Source: a virus. From it: a stretch of DNA of 64,000 nt. The stretch lies in the IMG/VR virus record IMGVR_UViG_3300044630_005784, positions 5,535 to 69,534 of that record; one strand, written 5' to 3'. Position numbers and translations under genes: made by a program. This document shows, one piece after another, positions 47,790 through 56,070 of this stretch (position 1 is its first letter; the number at the start of each line of letters is the position of its first letter). Below the pieces are notes generated by a model. The model did not search any database. It saw only the letters and a program-made list of their open reading frames with translations, and was not told the origin of the DNA.

Positions 47790-48949
47790 CGTAAATCATC
47801 CTGTAAGTCGAGTGAGTCGGCTTCAGCCTCTGCCTGAGCAGCCGCAAGCCGAACAGAGTGAGCGCGGGTTTTAGGGCCAACGGGATTAACCGAACTGATA
47901 TTAAATTCGTTCAGTAAAAGATTGCGAATAAGCCAACTAATTGGATATGAATATGGATCGGTTGCATGTTTCTTCCGGAACTCCGAAGCGAAAGCCATTG
48001 CCCTTCGCTTTATTCCCTCAGTCATCATATTTTGATCGATACACGAGCGAACTCCTTTCCAGTCCTGAGACGCATAAAACTCAATCAGAGTTTCAATATC
48101 AAAATCAGACCAGTACCTGCGTTGTGCATCGATTTGAGGGAAACATTCATAAAGCCGATTATAAAAATCAGGCTCCGTGGCAACAACGTCACCAATCCGT
48201 CGAATTGCTACTGCATGCAGTGGAATTCCAACGCGCGTGTTCGAACCAGTCATAGACGCCAAGTCGTAGTACTCGCAGAAAGAAGCACCGTGTTCTTCCG
48301 CTACGAACTTAAACACATCATCTGTTGTCCAGTCATAAATGACCTTCGCAAATCTTAGTGGTATAGATTTTTTCATCCGAAATGGGACAACAATGTAATT
48401 TTCGTGCAGTTTCTGAACGCAGGACCGGTATCGAATCATTGATTCATTTGCACGAACCCCAGTGATGAATGCAACTCGGCCAGACTTTCCCTGCATGGTG
48501 TAGTAGTCAATGGACTGCGGAATAACTTGGTCTGCCGTCAAACCGAAATGTTCGGCTCGGATCGCCCAAGGAGGAATTTGCCTAATAAGGCGACCTTCAT
48601 TTTCTCGCTTCTTTGACCACAAGAGAACATATTCGCGACGACCAAGCACCCACACTTCCTGCCCTTGGGGCAAGCAGTACCACTCCATGTCAATCCAGTC
48701 GTACTGACGGACTTCTTCCACAAATTTGATTACAGACGGAGAAACCATTTCCTCGTCGCGAAAAATAACTTTGACTGGACCAAGTCCACGCTCTTCATGA
48801 ATCTCCTTTGCAAGATAAAGAACAGCAGTGGAATCTTTGCCTCCAGAAAACTGGACGCACACGGTGTCAAAAGTGTCGTAGACATGCCGCATTCGCTCAC
48901 GAGCAGCGTCTACACAAGAAGTGTCAAGGAACATGCGTTGACGAGTCAT
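47786..48949 (-). CDS. PAPS-reductase-family PP-loop protein (IbrA/YbdN-like)
   Basis: AARER...FSGGKDS, F.DEE, GVRANES..R, IYDWTTDDVF. Confidence 0.85.
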   Translation of the reverse strand: MTRQRMFLDTSCVDAARERMRHVYDTFDTVCVQFSGGKDSTAVLYLAKEIHEERGLGPVKVIFRDEEMVSPSVIKFVEEVRQYDWIDMEWYCLPQGQEVWVLGRREYVLLWSKKRENEGRLIRQIPPWAIRAEHFGLTADQVIPQSIDYYTMQGKSGRVAFITGVRANESMIRYRSCVQKLHENYIVVPFRMKKSIPLRFAKVIYDWTTDDVFKFVAEEHGASFCEYYDLASMTGSNTRVGIPLHAVAIRRIGDVVATEPDFYNRLYECFPQIDAQRRYWSDFDIETLIEFYASQDWKGVRSCIDQNMMTEGIKRRAMAFASEFRKKHATDPYSYPISWLIRNLLLNEFNISSVNPVGPKTRAHSVRLAAAQAEAEADSLDLQDDLR

Positions 48950-49734
48950 CAGAAGTCCGCGTGAGAGTCAAGGAAGCAGAGAAGGCGTTCCGCATTAGTT
49001 TCACCGTCGGTCCCAACGTCAGTTCGAAGCCAACGCATAAAGTCGTACCATCGTCGCTGCTGCTCAGCATTATCAAAGACGAGCATGTACTGAACTACAG
49101 CCTTTGCGCCAGCAGCACCGACCGCAGAGGACCCCCGAGTTACAGCATCAAGAGTATTCATTCCTGAAGGTGCATTAATTTGCTCATTTTCGCCATTATC
49201 CGACGACACAACATCTGCTGGATTTGAGTTCAGTTCATCTCCCGGGTTGGAAATCAATACCGGAGCGATGTACCCAGATGGCATGTGATCAGAAGCATTC
49301 AAATACTCCACCTGCTCTTCCATTGCCGCCATTTGGAAATCGTCCCAGCCTAAGGAATCAAACATTTCGGGGTATTCGTCCATGACGGAAACGATGGCGT
49401 CCTGCAACAACACGGGGTCATCGGTGCCGAGTTGTGTGGTTCGATTGTCAGCAAGAGCAAAAGCGATGGCCTCTTTCATGGAGCCTTTAAACTTCGTAAC
49501 AGCGATGTGGGTCCATCCAAGTCGCTTAGCCGCTTCGGCTTGATGATTGCCAGCGACAATCGTGAAAGTTCCGTCCTCATTGTCGCGAGCGACAATTGCT
49601 TTCATCTGTCCAAACTGGCGATAAGAGGCCATAATCGCTGGAACGTCACCCTTGTGGGGGTTCGCGTTCCATGGGGTCAGATCGTCAAGGGGCATGGCCT
49701 GCGTGGCAAGGTCTTCGTGGATGTTGTGTTTCAT
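48949..49734 (-). CDS. ParB-like N-terminal domain protein
   Basis: NPH.GDV..I..S...FGQ...IVAGNH..EAA..LGW...LADNRT. Confidence 0.8.
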   Translation of the reverse strand: MKHNIHEDLATQAMPLDDLTPWNANPHKGDVPAIMASYRQFGQMKAIVARDNEDGTFTIVAGNHQAEAAKRLGWTHIAVTKFKGSMKEAIAFALADNRTTQLGTDDPVLLQDAIVSVMDEYPEMFDSLGWDDFQMAAMEEQVEYLNASDHMPSGYIAPVLISNPGDELNSNPADVVSSDNGENEQINAPSGMNTLDAVTRGSSAVGAAGAKAVVQYMLVFDNAEQQRRWYDFMRWLRTDVGTDGETNAERLLCFLDSHADF

Positions 49735-50084
49735 GACATCACCTGAGCGCGGACGTTAGCATTCAAAGTTCTAAGTGCATCAATTGACGTGCGGAGTGAA
49801 GAAAGTCGCTCCCGTTTGGCCTTGACGAGAGCCTCTGCAATTTTGTAGTCGTAAGCGATATCAGCCATTTTGTAGTCGGCCCACGCCTCACGCTCTTTGA
49901 TTGATCCCTTTGCTGAAAGGTATTCCTTTGCCCAATTCGATTTATGTTGGGCTTCCTTCTTGGCTGCATCTAGAGCAAGGTCTTCAAAACGTTCGGTTTC
50001 TTCTTCGAGCATGTCAGTAAGCCTGAGCAACTCGTACTCTATTTCCACTTGGCTAATTGGCTGGCTACGTCGTTTAGCGTTCAT
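49731..50084 (-). CDS. coiled-coil protein, possibly UvsY-like
   Basis: All-helical, EREAWA motif, in recombination cluster. Confidence 0.6.
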   Translation of the reverse strand: MNAKRRSQPISQVEIEYELLRLTDMLEEETERFEDLALDAAKKEAQHKSNWAKEYLSAKGSIKEREAWADYKMADIAYDYKIAEALVKAKRERLSSLRTSIDALRTLNANVRAQVMS

Positions 50085-50090
50085 ACTTCC

Positions 50091-50633
50091 TCACACCATC
50101 TCGTTTGTAGGGTTATCTGAAAAAGGGGTCCAATCAATCTTTTCAAGTGCGCTCAAATTGATTTGAGGCCATTCGAATCGAGCCAACCCAAAATGGGCAA
50201 GACCCATTTCCTCCAAAATCCATGCGTCGCACATATCGTCTGCACCTTTGCCTGTCCAGACAATTCCAGTTCGTGCAGAGATTGAAGAAACAACTTCATT
50301 TTTACTGGCATTGCCTTTACCGGTAGCAAACTTTGCCCGACATGTTGGCGGAATATCAACCCACGGAATTTGATTTTCCCAAAGAGCGACCCTGATTACT
50401 CCACCCAACTCGCCGATTGCATGGGCTTGCGAGTTTCTAGATCCAAAAGAATAACCCTCGATGCAAACCGCCGGTCGAGGAACCTCGCGCACACGGTCAA
50501 TAATCACCGTCCGCATCCACGCCAACCGAGAAGCACCCTTTTGAGCAGTCGAAATCGCTTCAGGGTTACCCCTTGCGCATATCCCAGTCGACGTTAAAGA
50601 CAAATCTAAACCAACAACAGAATATGGAATCAT
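50091..50633 (-). CDS. ruvC: RuvC-like Holliday junction resolvase
   Basis: GLDLSLTSTG, IEGY, KFATGKGNASK, DMCDA. Confidence 0.88.
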   Translation of the reverse strand: MIPYSVVGLDLSLTSTGICARGNPEAISTAQKGASRLAWMRTVIIDRVREVPRPAVCIEGYSFGSRNSQAHAIGELGGVIRVALWENQIPWVDIPPTCRAKFATGKGNASKNEVVSSISARTGIVWTGKGADDMCDAWILEEMGLAHFGLARFEWPQINLSALEKIDWTPFSDNPTNEMV

Positions 50634-50932
50634 TGCTCCCACCCATGTTTAGCAAGACCAAGATCAAACGCCAGTTGAGGGTAATTACCAATCCGTTGAT
50701 GGCAAGGACGACAAACAGCAAGCAGATTCGACTCATCCAAAATGGACCCGCCCTGCGAGCGACGGACAAGTTCGTGAATATCTTGAGACGGTCGCCTGCC
50801 ATAGACAACCAACTCGTCATATTCAGCAAACACTGGACACGCCTCACAAAAAGGACGCTCCCCCAAAAGCCGCTCAACGAGTGGGCGCCTTTCACGGTAT
50901 TCCCGTTCTTTTTTCTTAGACCTATAACGCAC
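50630..50932 (-). CDS. HNH endonuclease
   Basis: CEAC...DIHE...RSQGG...NL..VCRPCH. Confidence 0.8.
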   Translation of the reverse strand: MRYRSKKKEREYRERRPLVERLLGERPFCEACPVFAEYDELVVYGRRPSQDIHELVRRSQGGSILDESNLLAVCRPCHQRIGNYPQLAFDLGLAKHGWEQ

Positions 50933-51998
50933 TATGCACCTGCCCAAAAAATCGTGTCAGCAATGCTGCACCCATAGAGACGTCATACTTTTCTTGAACA
51001 ATCCGACGATATTCGCGACCCAATTCAATCCGAAGATCCGGATCTCGAAGTTTATTAATATTCGCAATCCACTCCTTTGGCTTAGAAGCAACAAGGCCAA
51101 CACCTTCTTCTGCCAAAGAAACGTATGCCTGACTATTTGCCGCAATAAAGGGAATGCCAGCAGAGGAGTATTCCAAGCCCTTGATGGCGCTTTTAGCATT
51201 GTTGAATGGCGCTGAACTTAGCGGAACAAGACCAACATCAAATTGAAACAAGTTTTGATAATCACTAGGTGCAGCCATCGGCAATGTGGACACTTTTTCC
51301 ACATCTACCCCAATACCTTCGGCAAACGATTTTCTGCCCTGAATATGGCCGGAGTGGTGCAGTCGAATCTTTCCAGCATCAGCCATTGGCCCAAGGATCC
51401 CTCGCATTGTCTCCAAGTCCCCAGAGCGATGACCAGTAGATCCGACCCACCCGACAATTGGGGATTCAGCATCAGATTGTTCACGAAGCGAAAACTTGTT
51501 TGTATCAACAAAGTTGGGAATCAACACAATCGGCCTAGAAACCCATTTTGAGATGCGCTCTGCAAGGTAAGGGGTCGAAACCGTAACTACAGTGGAAGCA
51601 GCAAGGCATCGTTTGTAGTGATTGATATTTTCACTCGGATTGTTTTTGGGGTGACTTGCAGCCCACGCTCCGTTAGATGGCGAAAGACCCCAGTACCAGT
51701 CATCTAAGTCGTTGATGATGATTTGCCCGTTTGCTCTTGCTTCCATAATGCGTTCTGGCACATCTTCAAACATGACTCGTTGCATATAAATTATGTCGCA
51801 ATTAAAGTGATTTTGTTTGTCCCAATCAGATACACCAAAGATTCCCTTATGGAAAGCCAAGGGACCGACAACTACGTCGAAGGGCAGTAGATCCTCGTAC
51901 TGGCCAAGACGCGCCCAGCCTGCACCTCCCCACACCGGATGACCACGGTCATCTTTTACGGTATGAGACCAGTCGGTAGATGCAAATCCGATTTTCAC
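50922..51998 (-). CDS. glycosyltransferase (GT-B, GT4-like)
   Basis: DLDD, VGWVGS, FN.AKS.IK.LEY...GIPFIA. Confidence 0.85.
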   Translation of the reverse strand: MKIGFASTDWSHTVKDDRGHPVWGGAGWARLGQYEDLLPFDVVVGPLAFHKGIFGVSDWDKQNHFNCDIIYMQRVMFEDVPERIMEARANGQIIINDLDDWYWGLSPSNGAWAASHPKNNPSENINHYKRCLAASTVVTVSTPYLAERISKWVSRPIVLIPNFVDTNKFSLREQSDAESPIVGWVGSTGHRSGDLETMRGILGPMADAGKIRLHHSGHIQGRKSFAEGIGVDVEKVSTLPMAAPSDYQNLFQFDVGLVPLSSAPFNNAKSAIKGLEYSSAGIPFIAANSQAYVSLAEEGVGLVASKPKEWIANINKLRDPDLRIELGREYRRIVQEKYDVSMGAALLTRFFGQVHSAL

Positions 51999-52507
51999 GA
52001 GACGTAGAGGTCGTCGTAGTTGAGGGAATCAAAATCCCATTTGCCATCAAGTGCAGACCAAAGCGCAACATCAACTTGAGTCGGCTCCAAATCCAGTTCT
52101 TCCATCAGGCTTTTGTGTCGCTCAATGGCTTTACGAAGAAATTCCACTGCAGCAAAACGATCGTCGTTGCTGTCATCGCCGAGCGCAATCATTTTTGTGA
52201 CTTCATCTAGCCGTGACAAAACGTGAAACTGAAATCGAGAAATCTTTTTTTGTCTACCTTCGATGTCAGCCAAAGATTCGGCTAAAAAAGTAAGACCTTC
52301 CGGACCCATGTCCTTGTAACGGTCTTCGTCTTCGGAATGATTCTTAGCAAGGGCCTCAAGTTGTGCATCAAGGTTGCCATTTAAGACTATTAATGCACGC
52401 TTCCACCGATCCCAATTTTCAGGCAACCGCAAATAGTCGGTTTGTGACGCCGTCACACGGTTTTTTACTTCTTCAGCAACAAGACGAGCAAAAGTATCAT
52501 CGTTCAT
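51995..52507 (-). CDS. hypothetical helical protein
   Basis: ATGA coupling; AI..H...D..LW motif. Confidence 0.75.
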   Translation of the reverse strand: MNDDTFARLVAEEVKNRVTASQTDYLRLPENWDRWKRALIVLNGNLDAQLEALAKNHSEDEDRYKDMGPEGLTFLAESLADIEGRQKKISRFQFHVLSRLDEVTKMIALGDDSNDDRFAAVEFLRKAIERHKSLMEELDLEPTQVDVALWSALDGKWDFDSLNYDDLYVS

Positions 52508-53280
52508 TTAGAATTACCTTTTGTCCAAATCGGGCACATTTTTTTGTATGAACACCAGTCGCAAAGTTTGTTTTTTTTCGCAGGGAATTCTCCAGCCTCG
52601 CAATAAGCAGCCACTGAGTCATAAACGGATTCGACTTCTTCGGTCACCTCGGCAAGATTTTCCTCGGTTACGGGTCGGCTTAATACGGTCCCATCCTTCA
52701 AATAGAGCAGACTGACCTGTGAAACTTCAATGCTGGTTTCAGCGCGCAGTAGAACCGCATAAATAAACAACTGCTGAAATTTATCACCAGCCCATTGCGG
52801 TCTTGGAGTCTTTCCTGTCTTGTAGTCGGAAATCGTAATTTGCAAGTTGCTATCGACTTCCCACCTATCAATAAAACCTTTGACTCGCGCTCGACCGACA
52901 TGACCATCAAGGCCAGTTTCGATTCCGGCGGGATCAAACGCCGTGGGGTCTTCTAGTTTGAAATAGTTCTCGATGCACCACCACGCCTTCCAGCGGAATG
53001 TGCGTATTGCTTCTCGGTCCCTGTTCAACACAAGAACTGCCTGCTCTCCCCACTCTTGTTCCCAAACCTCGCGCATAACGGTTCGAGCAGACGCAAGAGT
53101 TCGATCTTCTGCAGGTAAAGCAAAAAGACCTTCAAGCGCTGTGTGAACAAAATTGCCCAGCACCGTCGCTTCGGTTGGGGGGTCAATAATTCTGTCGATA
53201 CGGCTGAACTTGAACTTCAACGGGCAGGTTTGAAAAGTACCAATTGAAGATGGCGATAGATAGTCGGGGGCTTGGATCAT
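52504..53280 (-). CDS. RecB-family PD-(D/E)XK exonuclease (Cas4-like)
   Basis: SPSS...CP, GFIDR, DYKTG, QL..Y, C-terminal CDWC...CP. Confidence 0.9.
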   Translation of the reverse strand: MIQAPDYLSPSSIGTFQTCPLKFKFSRIDRIIDPPTEATVLGNFVHTALEGLFALPAEDRTLASARTVMREVWEQEWGEQAVLVLNRDREAIRTFRWKAWWCIENYFKLEDPTAFDPAGIETGLDGHVGRARVKGFIDRWEVDSNLQITISDYKTGKTPRPQWAGDKFQQLFIYAVLLRAETSIEVSQVSLLYLKDGTVLSRPVTEENLAEVTEEVESVYDSVAAYCEAGEFPAKKNKLCDWCSYKKMCPIWTKGNSK

Positions 53281-53975
53281 GACTTCTTGGCCGGAGTCCT
53301 GCGCTTAGGCGCAACTTCAGGTTCTTCCTGTTCGACAAATGAACCGCCAACTGTCAAACGGATGCACTCCCCAATGATGGACTCAAGATCTGCCATTTGC
53401 GCAGTTGTCTTAGTTGGTTTTGGGCGACCTCCCGAGTATTCAACCCAGAATGCTTCCAAAGCGATGGCATGTTCCTCGCTCATTGTTGAACGCAGTTCTT
53501 TGATCGTGTTGAATGCTTCTTCGATCGCTGGATTAATTGGATCTGGTGTTGGCGCAGACATTGCTTCTTCAATTTCCAAAGCCTCAACGTCGCGCGCAAG
53601 ATAAAGTCCAACGCCCAGTTGCTGCACAGCCTTCTTGAGCGCATCAGACATGGCACCCTTGAATTCGTCTCCGAGGTCAAGGATTTGACCCGCCTTAGTC
53701 ATTTTGACTTGCTGTCCACCGATCCCGTCCTTAGAGATAACTTCGTCGCCGATTCGTGCCGTAACGCGGACATGGGCAATTACCCAATGTGGGTCATGCT
53801 GATCGCGACCACATGAAACAATTTCTGATGACCAGTTTTCAACGCCAAGAACTTTATTGAGTCGAGCGATGACTTCCGAAATGGGGATGTAAGTAAGGGC
53901 GCGACCTCCCTTGGACACGCTCCTTTCCATTTCCTGTGGAAACGGCTCTGAAAGTTGCTGATACATCGATGTCAC
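53277..53975 (-). CDS. Rad52/Rad22-family (Sak-like) single-strand annealing protein
   Basis: LTYI....VIARLN.VLG..NWS...KGA.SDALKKA...LGVGLYL. Confidence 0.88.
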   Translation of the reverse strand: MTSMYQQLSEPFPQEMERSVSKGGRALTYIPISEVIARLNKVLGVENWSSEIVSCGRDQHDPHWVIAHVRVTARIGDEVISKDGIGGQQVKMTKAGQILDLGDEFKGAMSDALKKAVQQLGVGLYLARDVEALEIEEAMSAPTPDPINPAIEEAFNTIKELRSTMSEEHAIALEAFWVEYSGGRPKPTKTTAQMADLESIIGECIRLTVGGSFVEQEEPEVAPKRRTPAKKS

Positions 53976-54478
53976 TTGCTTTGCGCCTTCCTGACGATGA
54001 TTGAAGTTTTGGTTTCTCCGACTTGGCAGTAATTGTCGGGATTGATTCCAATGTTTTGAAGTTCTTTAATACGCCAATACGACGGCTGTACATAGTTGAG
54101 GACGTTTTCGATCATTTCTTGTTGGGACATGACGACTTCGCCAGTGTCCATATCCACTGCCATGTTCATAATCTTTTGCGCCACTACTGACGCAAGGTCC
54201 TTGTGTTGCCAGCCAGTGCGCTGGTTCGACCAGCGTTTCTCGACTTTTGCGCCGTCGTCTAGCAAGATTTCACTTTCACTTGCCATGATTTCTGAAACAA
54301 TGCTCGATAAGCCGTCATAGATGAGACCAAAGTCCGCTTTGCATCGGTTTAGTTCTAGGAGTAACGAACAGGCTTCTTCTGGAGTCAGATTTGCCTTTGA
54401 GCATTCAGTCACTTTTTCGTCAAGATCAAGCAACGCTTGCTGAAAAGCCCCAACCCAATCGGGTGGTTGATAACTCAT
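53972..54478 (-). CDS. hypothetical protein
   Basis: AAGGAG RBS; VDMDTGEV and WRIKEL motifs. Confidence 0.75.
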   Translation of the reverse strand: MSYQPPDWVGAFQQALLDLDEKVTECSKANLTPEEACSLLLELNRCKADFGLIYDGLSSIVSEIMASESEILLDDGAKVEKRWSNQRTGWQHKDLASVVAQKIMNMAVDMDTGEVVMSQQEMIENVLNYVQPSYWRIKELQNIGINPDNYCQVGETKTSIIVRKAQSK

Positions 54479-54502
54479 ATTTTCTCCTTACGGTAACAGT
54501 AC

Positions 54503-55807
54503 TTATACGATGATAGAGGCTCGTTTGCGCTGAGGCAACCCCAGTCCGGTGAGAAATGTAAATGCTCCTACAGTCGCGTCAACTTGATCGTCATGATTGC
54601 AGGCTTCTGGAAATGATGAGAATTCATCCAAAAAATCTGATAGCCAAGGTGTACGCAAGAGCCGAACGTTTCCATTAGCCACGGCTGCAGCAAACGGTTG
54701 TGCCCTCATGGCCTTATCGCCGGTCGCTCGGATTCCGGAAAAGTTATATCCCGGCACAACATACCGTGCATACTGATCAAGGATTGCTTTCCCAGCAGAA
54801 CCGGGTTCCTGTTCCATGCGAATTGCAACTTCGTGGCCATCTTCAACAGCAGTTTGGGCAATCAATTGTTCAACTTTGTCGGATTTGACTCTTGCTTTTT
54901 TGATGTCCAAAACATAAGCGATGCCTTGGTCAAATAGCATGAGTGTGCCTACGGTCCAGTCGGGGTCGGGGTTTCCGTGGTGAGGCTCGGTTGCGGCCAT
55001 ATCCCAGAACCGAACTGCGCGAGCGGAAGATGTGACTTCTGGCACATCCATGGGGTCAATGATGACAAATGACTCCCGATTAAACATTGACCCAAGGGTT
55101 GTAGCCCACCAGTCGCCGGATTCAAGCCGACGTCGTTCCACGGGGTCTAGGGCTGAAAGGGCTTGACGGTAGGAGTCTGCGTCGATCCCCGGATTGTCGG
55201 TCAACTTGGAAGGAACGAAAACTCGATTTTGTTCATGTCCTTCAACAATGAACCTCTGCCGGACCCAATTGGGTGCCGGGTTTGATGCTGCTCGCATGCG
55301 CAGGGGAACTTGAGCCAATGGACCCGATGCCGGGCGTCGGAGACGGGAGAACAAATAGCGATAGTCGTTTTCGCGAATTTCAGTGACCTCGTCCATTCCG
55401 ATGAACTGGAATTCAGCACCCTTGTACCTCAAATAATCATTTGAGTTGTTCAAATAACCGAAAGACAACCGCGCTCCTGAGGGAAATGTAAACACATACG
55501 AGTTGGCGTTCCAATGAATCTCGTCATTTGGTCCAAGCCAGTCCTTGGCTCTGTCCATTAGGGCGCCGGGGAGGGAGAGGTCAGCGAAGGTTTTACGGAA
55601 AAGAATCGCCGAATATCCGGGGACATCGACATACTGAAGCGCTGACATGAGAAGTGCGCTAGATTTTCCTCCACCCGCAGCACCGCCAAAGAGGGCTTCA
55701 ATCGAGTATGTGCGCAAAAACACTTTCTGAGTTAAAGATGGGGCTTCTGGACAATACGGAGGTTCTTTGGGCTGCAGATATTCAAGTACCTTGGTCCAGT
55801 CAGTCAT
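54503..55807 (-). CDS. terL: terminase large subunit
   Basis: GGAAGGGKS Walker A, IGMDE Walker B, ASNP coupling motif, WDMA and HDDQVDA nuclease motifs. Confidence 0.95.
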   Translation of the reverse strand: MTDWTKVLEYLQPKEPPYCPEAPSLTQKVFLRTYSIEALFGGAAGGGKSSALLMSALQYVDVPGYSAILFRKTFADLSLPGALMDRAKDWLGPNDEIHWNANSYVFTFPSGARLSFGYLNNSNDYLRYKGAEFQFIGMDEVTEIRENDYRYLFSRLRRPASGPLAQVPLRMRAASNPAPNWVRQRFIVEGHEQNRVFVPSKLTDNPGIDADSYRQALSALDPVERRRLESGDWWATTLGSMFNRESFVIIDPMDVPEVTSSARAVRFWDMAATEPHHGNPDPDWTVGTLMLFDQGIAYVLDIKKARVKSDKVEQLIAQTAVEDGHEVAIRMEQEPGSAGKAILDQYARYVVPGYNFSGIRATGDKAMRAQPFAAAVANGNVRLLRTPWLSDFLDEFSSFPEACNHDDQVDATVGAFTFLTGLGLPQRKRASIIV

Positions 55808-55875
55808 TTTTGTCGCTCAATTTCGTTTCGATTTCGCTGTAATATCAATATACGACGAAAGAATAGGTTGTTATT

Positions 55876-56070
55876 GTGCCTGAAGGTGAAGAAAAGCAAA
55901 GATTCTCGTTGCCTCCAAGGTACAGGACGCGGGAATTTGCTGCATATGCGTTTATGCTGTTGTTTGTAGTATGTAATACAGTTGGTGCTTTCTTAATTTT
56001 TCCACCTGCTGGCTTCATTACACTTGGAGTGACCAGTGGACTCTACGCGTTACTGTTGGGATCTGACTAA
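55876..56070 (+). CDS. small membrane protein preceding portal
   Basis: Two TM helices; TAATG coupling to portal; -10 TAGGTT 6 nt upstream. Confidence 0.7.
   Translation: MPEGEEKQRFSLPPRYRTREFAAYAFMLLFVVCNTVGAFLIFPPAGFITLGVTSGLYALLLGSD

Noticed and set aside
47786-48949. cysH auxiliary sulfur-metabolism gene
   Set aside because: Length, motifs and ParB partners fit the IbrA/YbdN type; no other sulfate assimilation genes
52504-53280. Cas4 as evidence of CRISPR-Cas
   Set aside because: No cas1/cas2 or array; it sits beside a Sak annealase, the usual phage recombination pair
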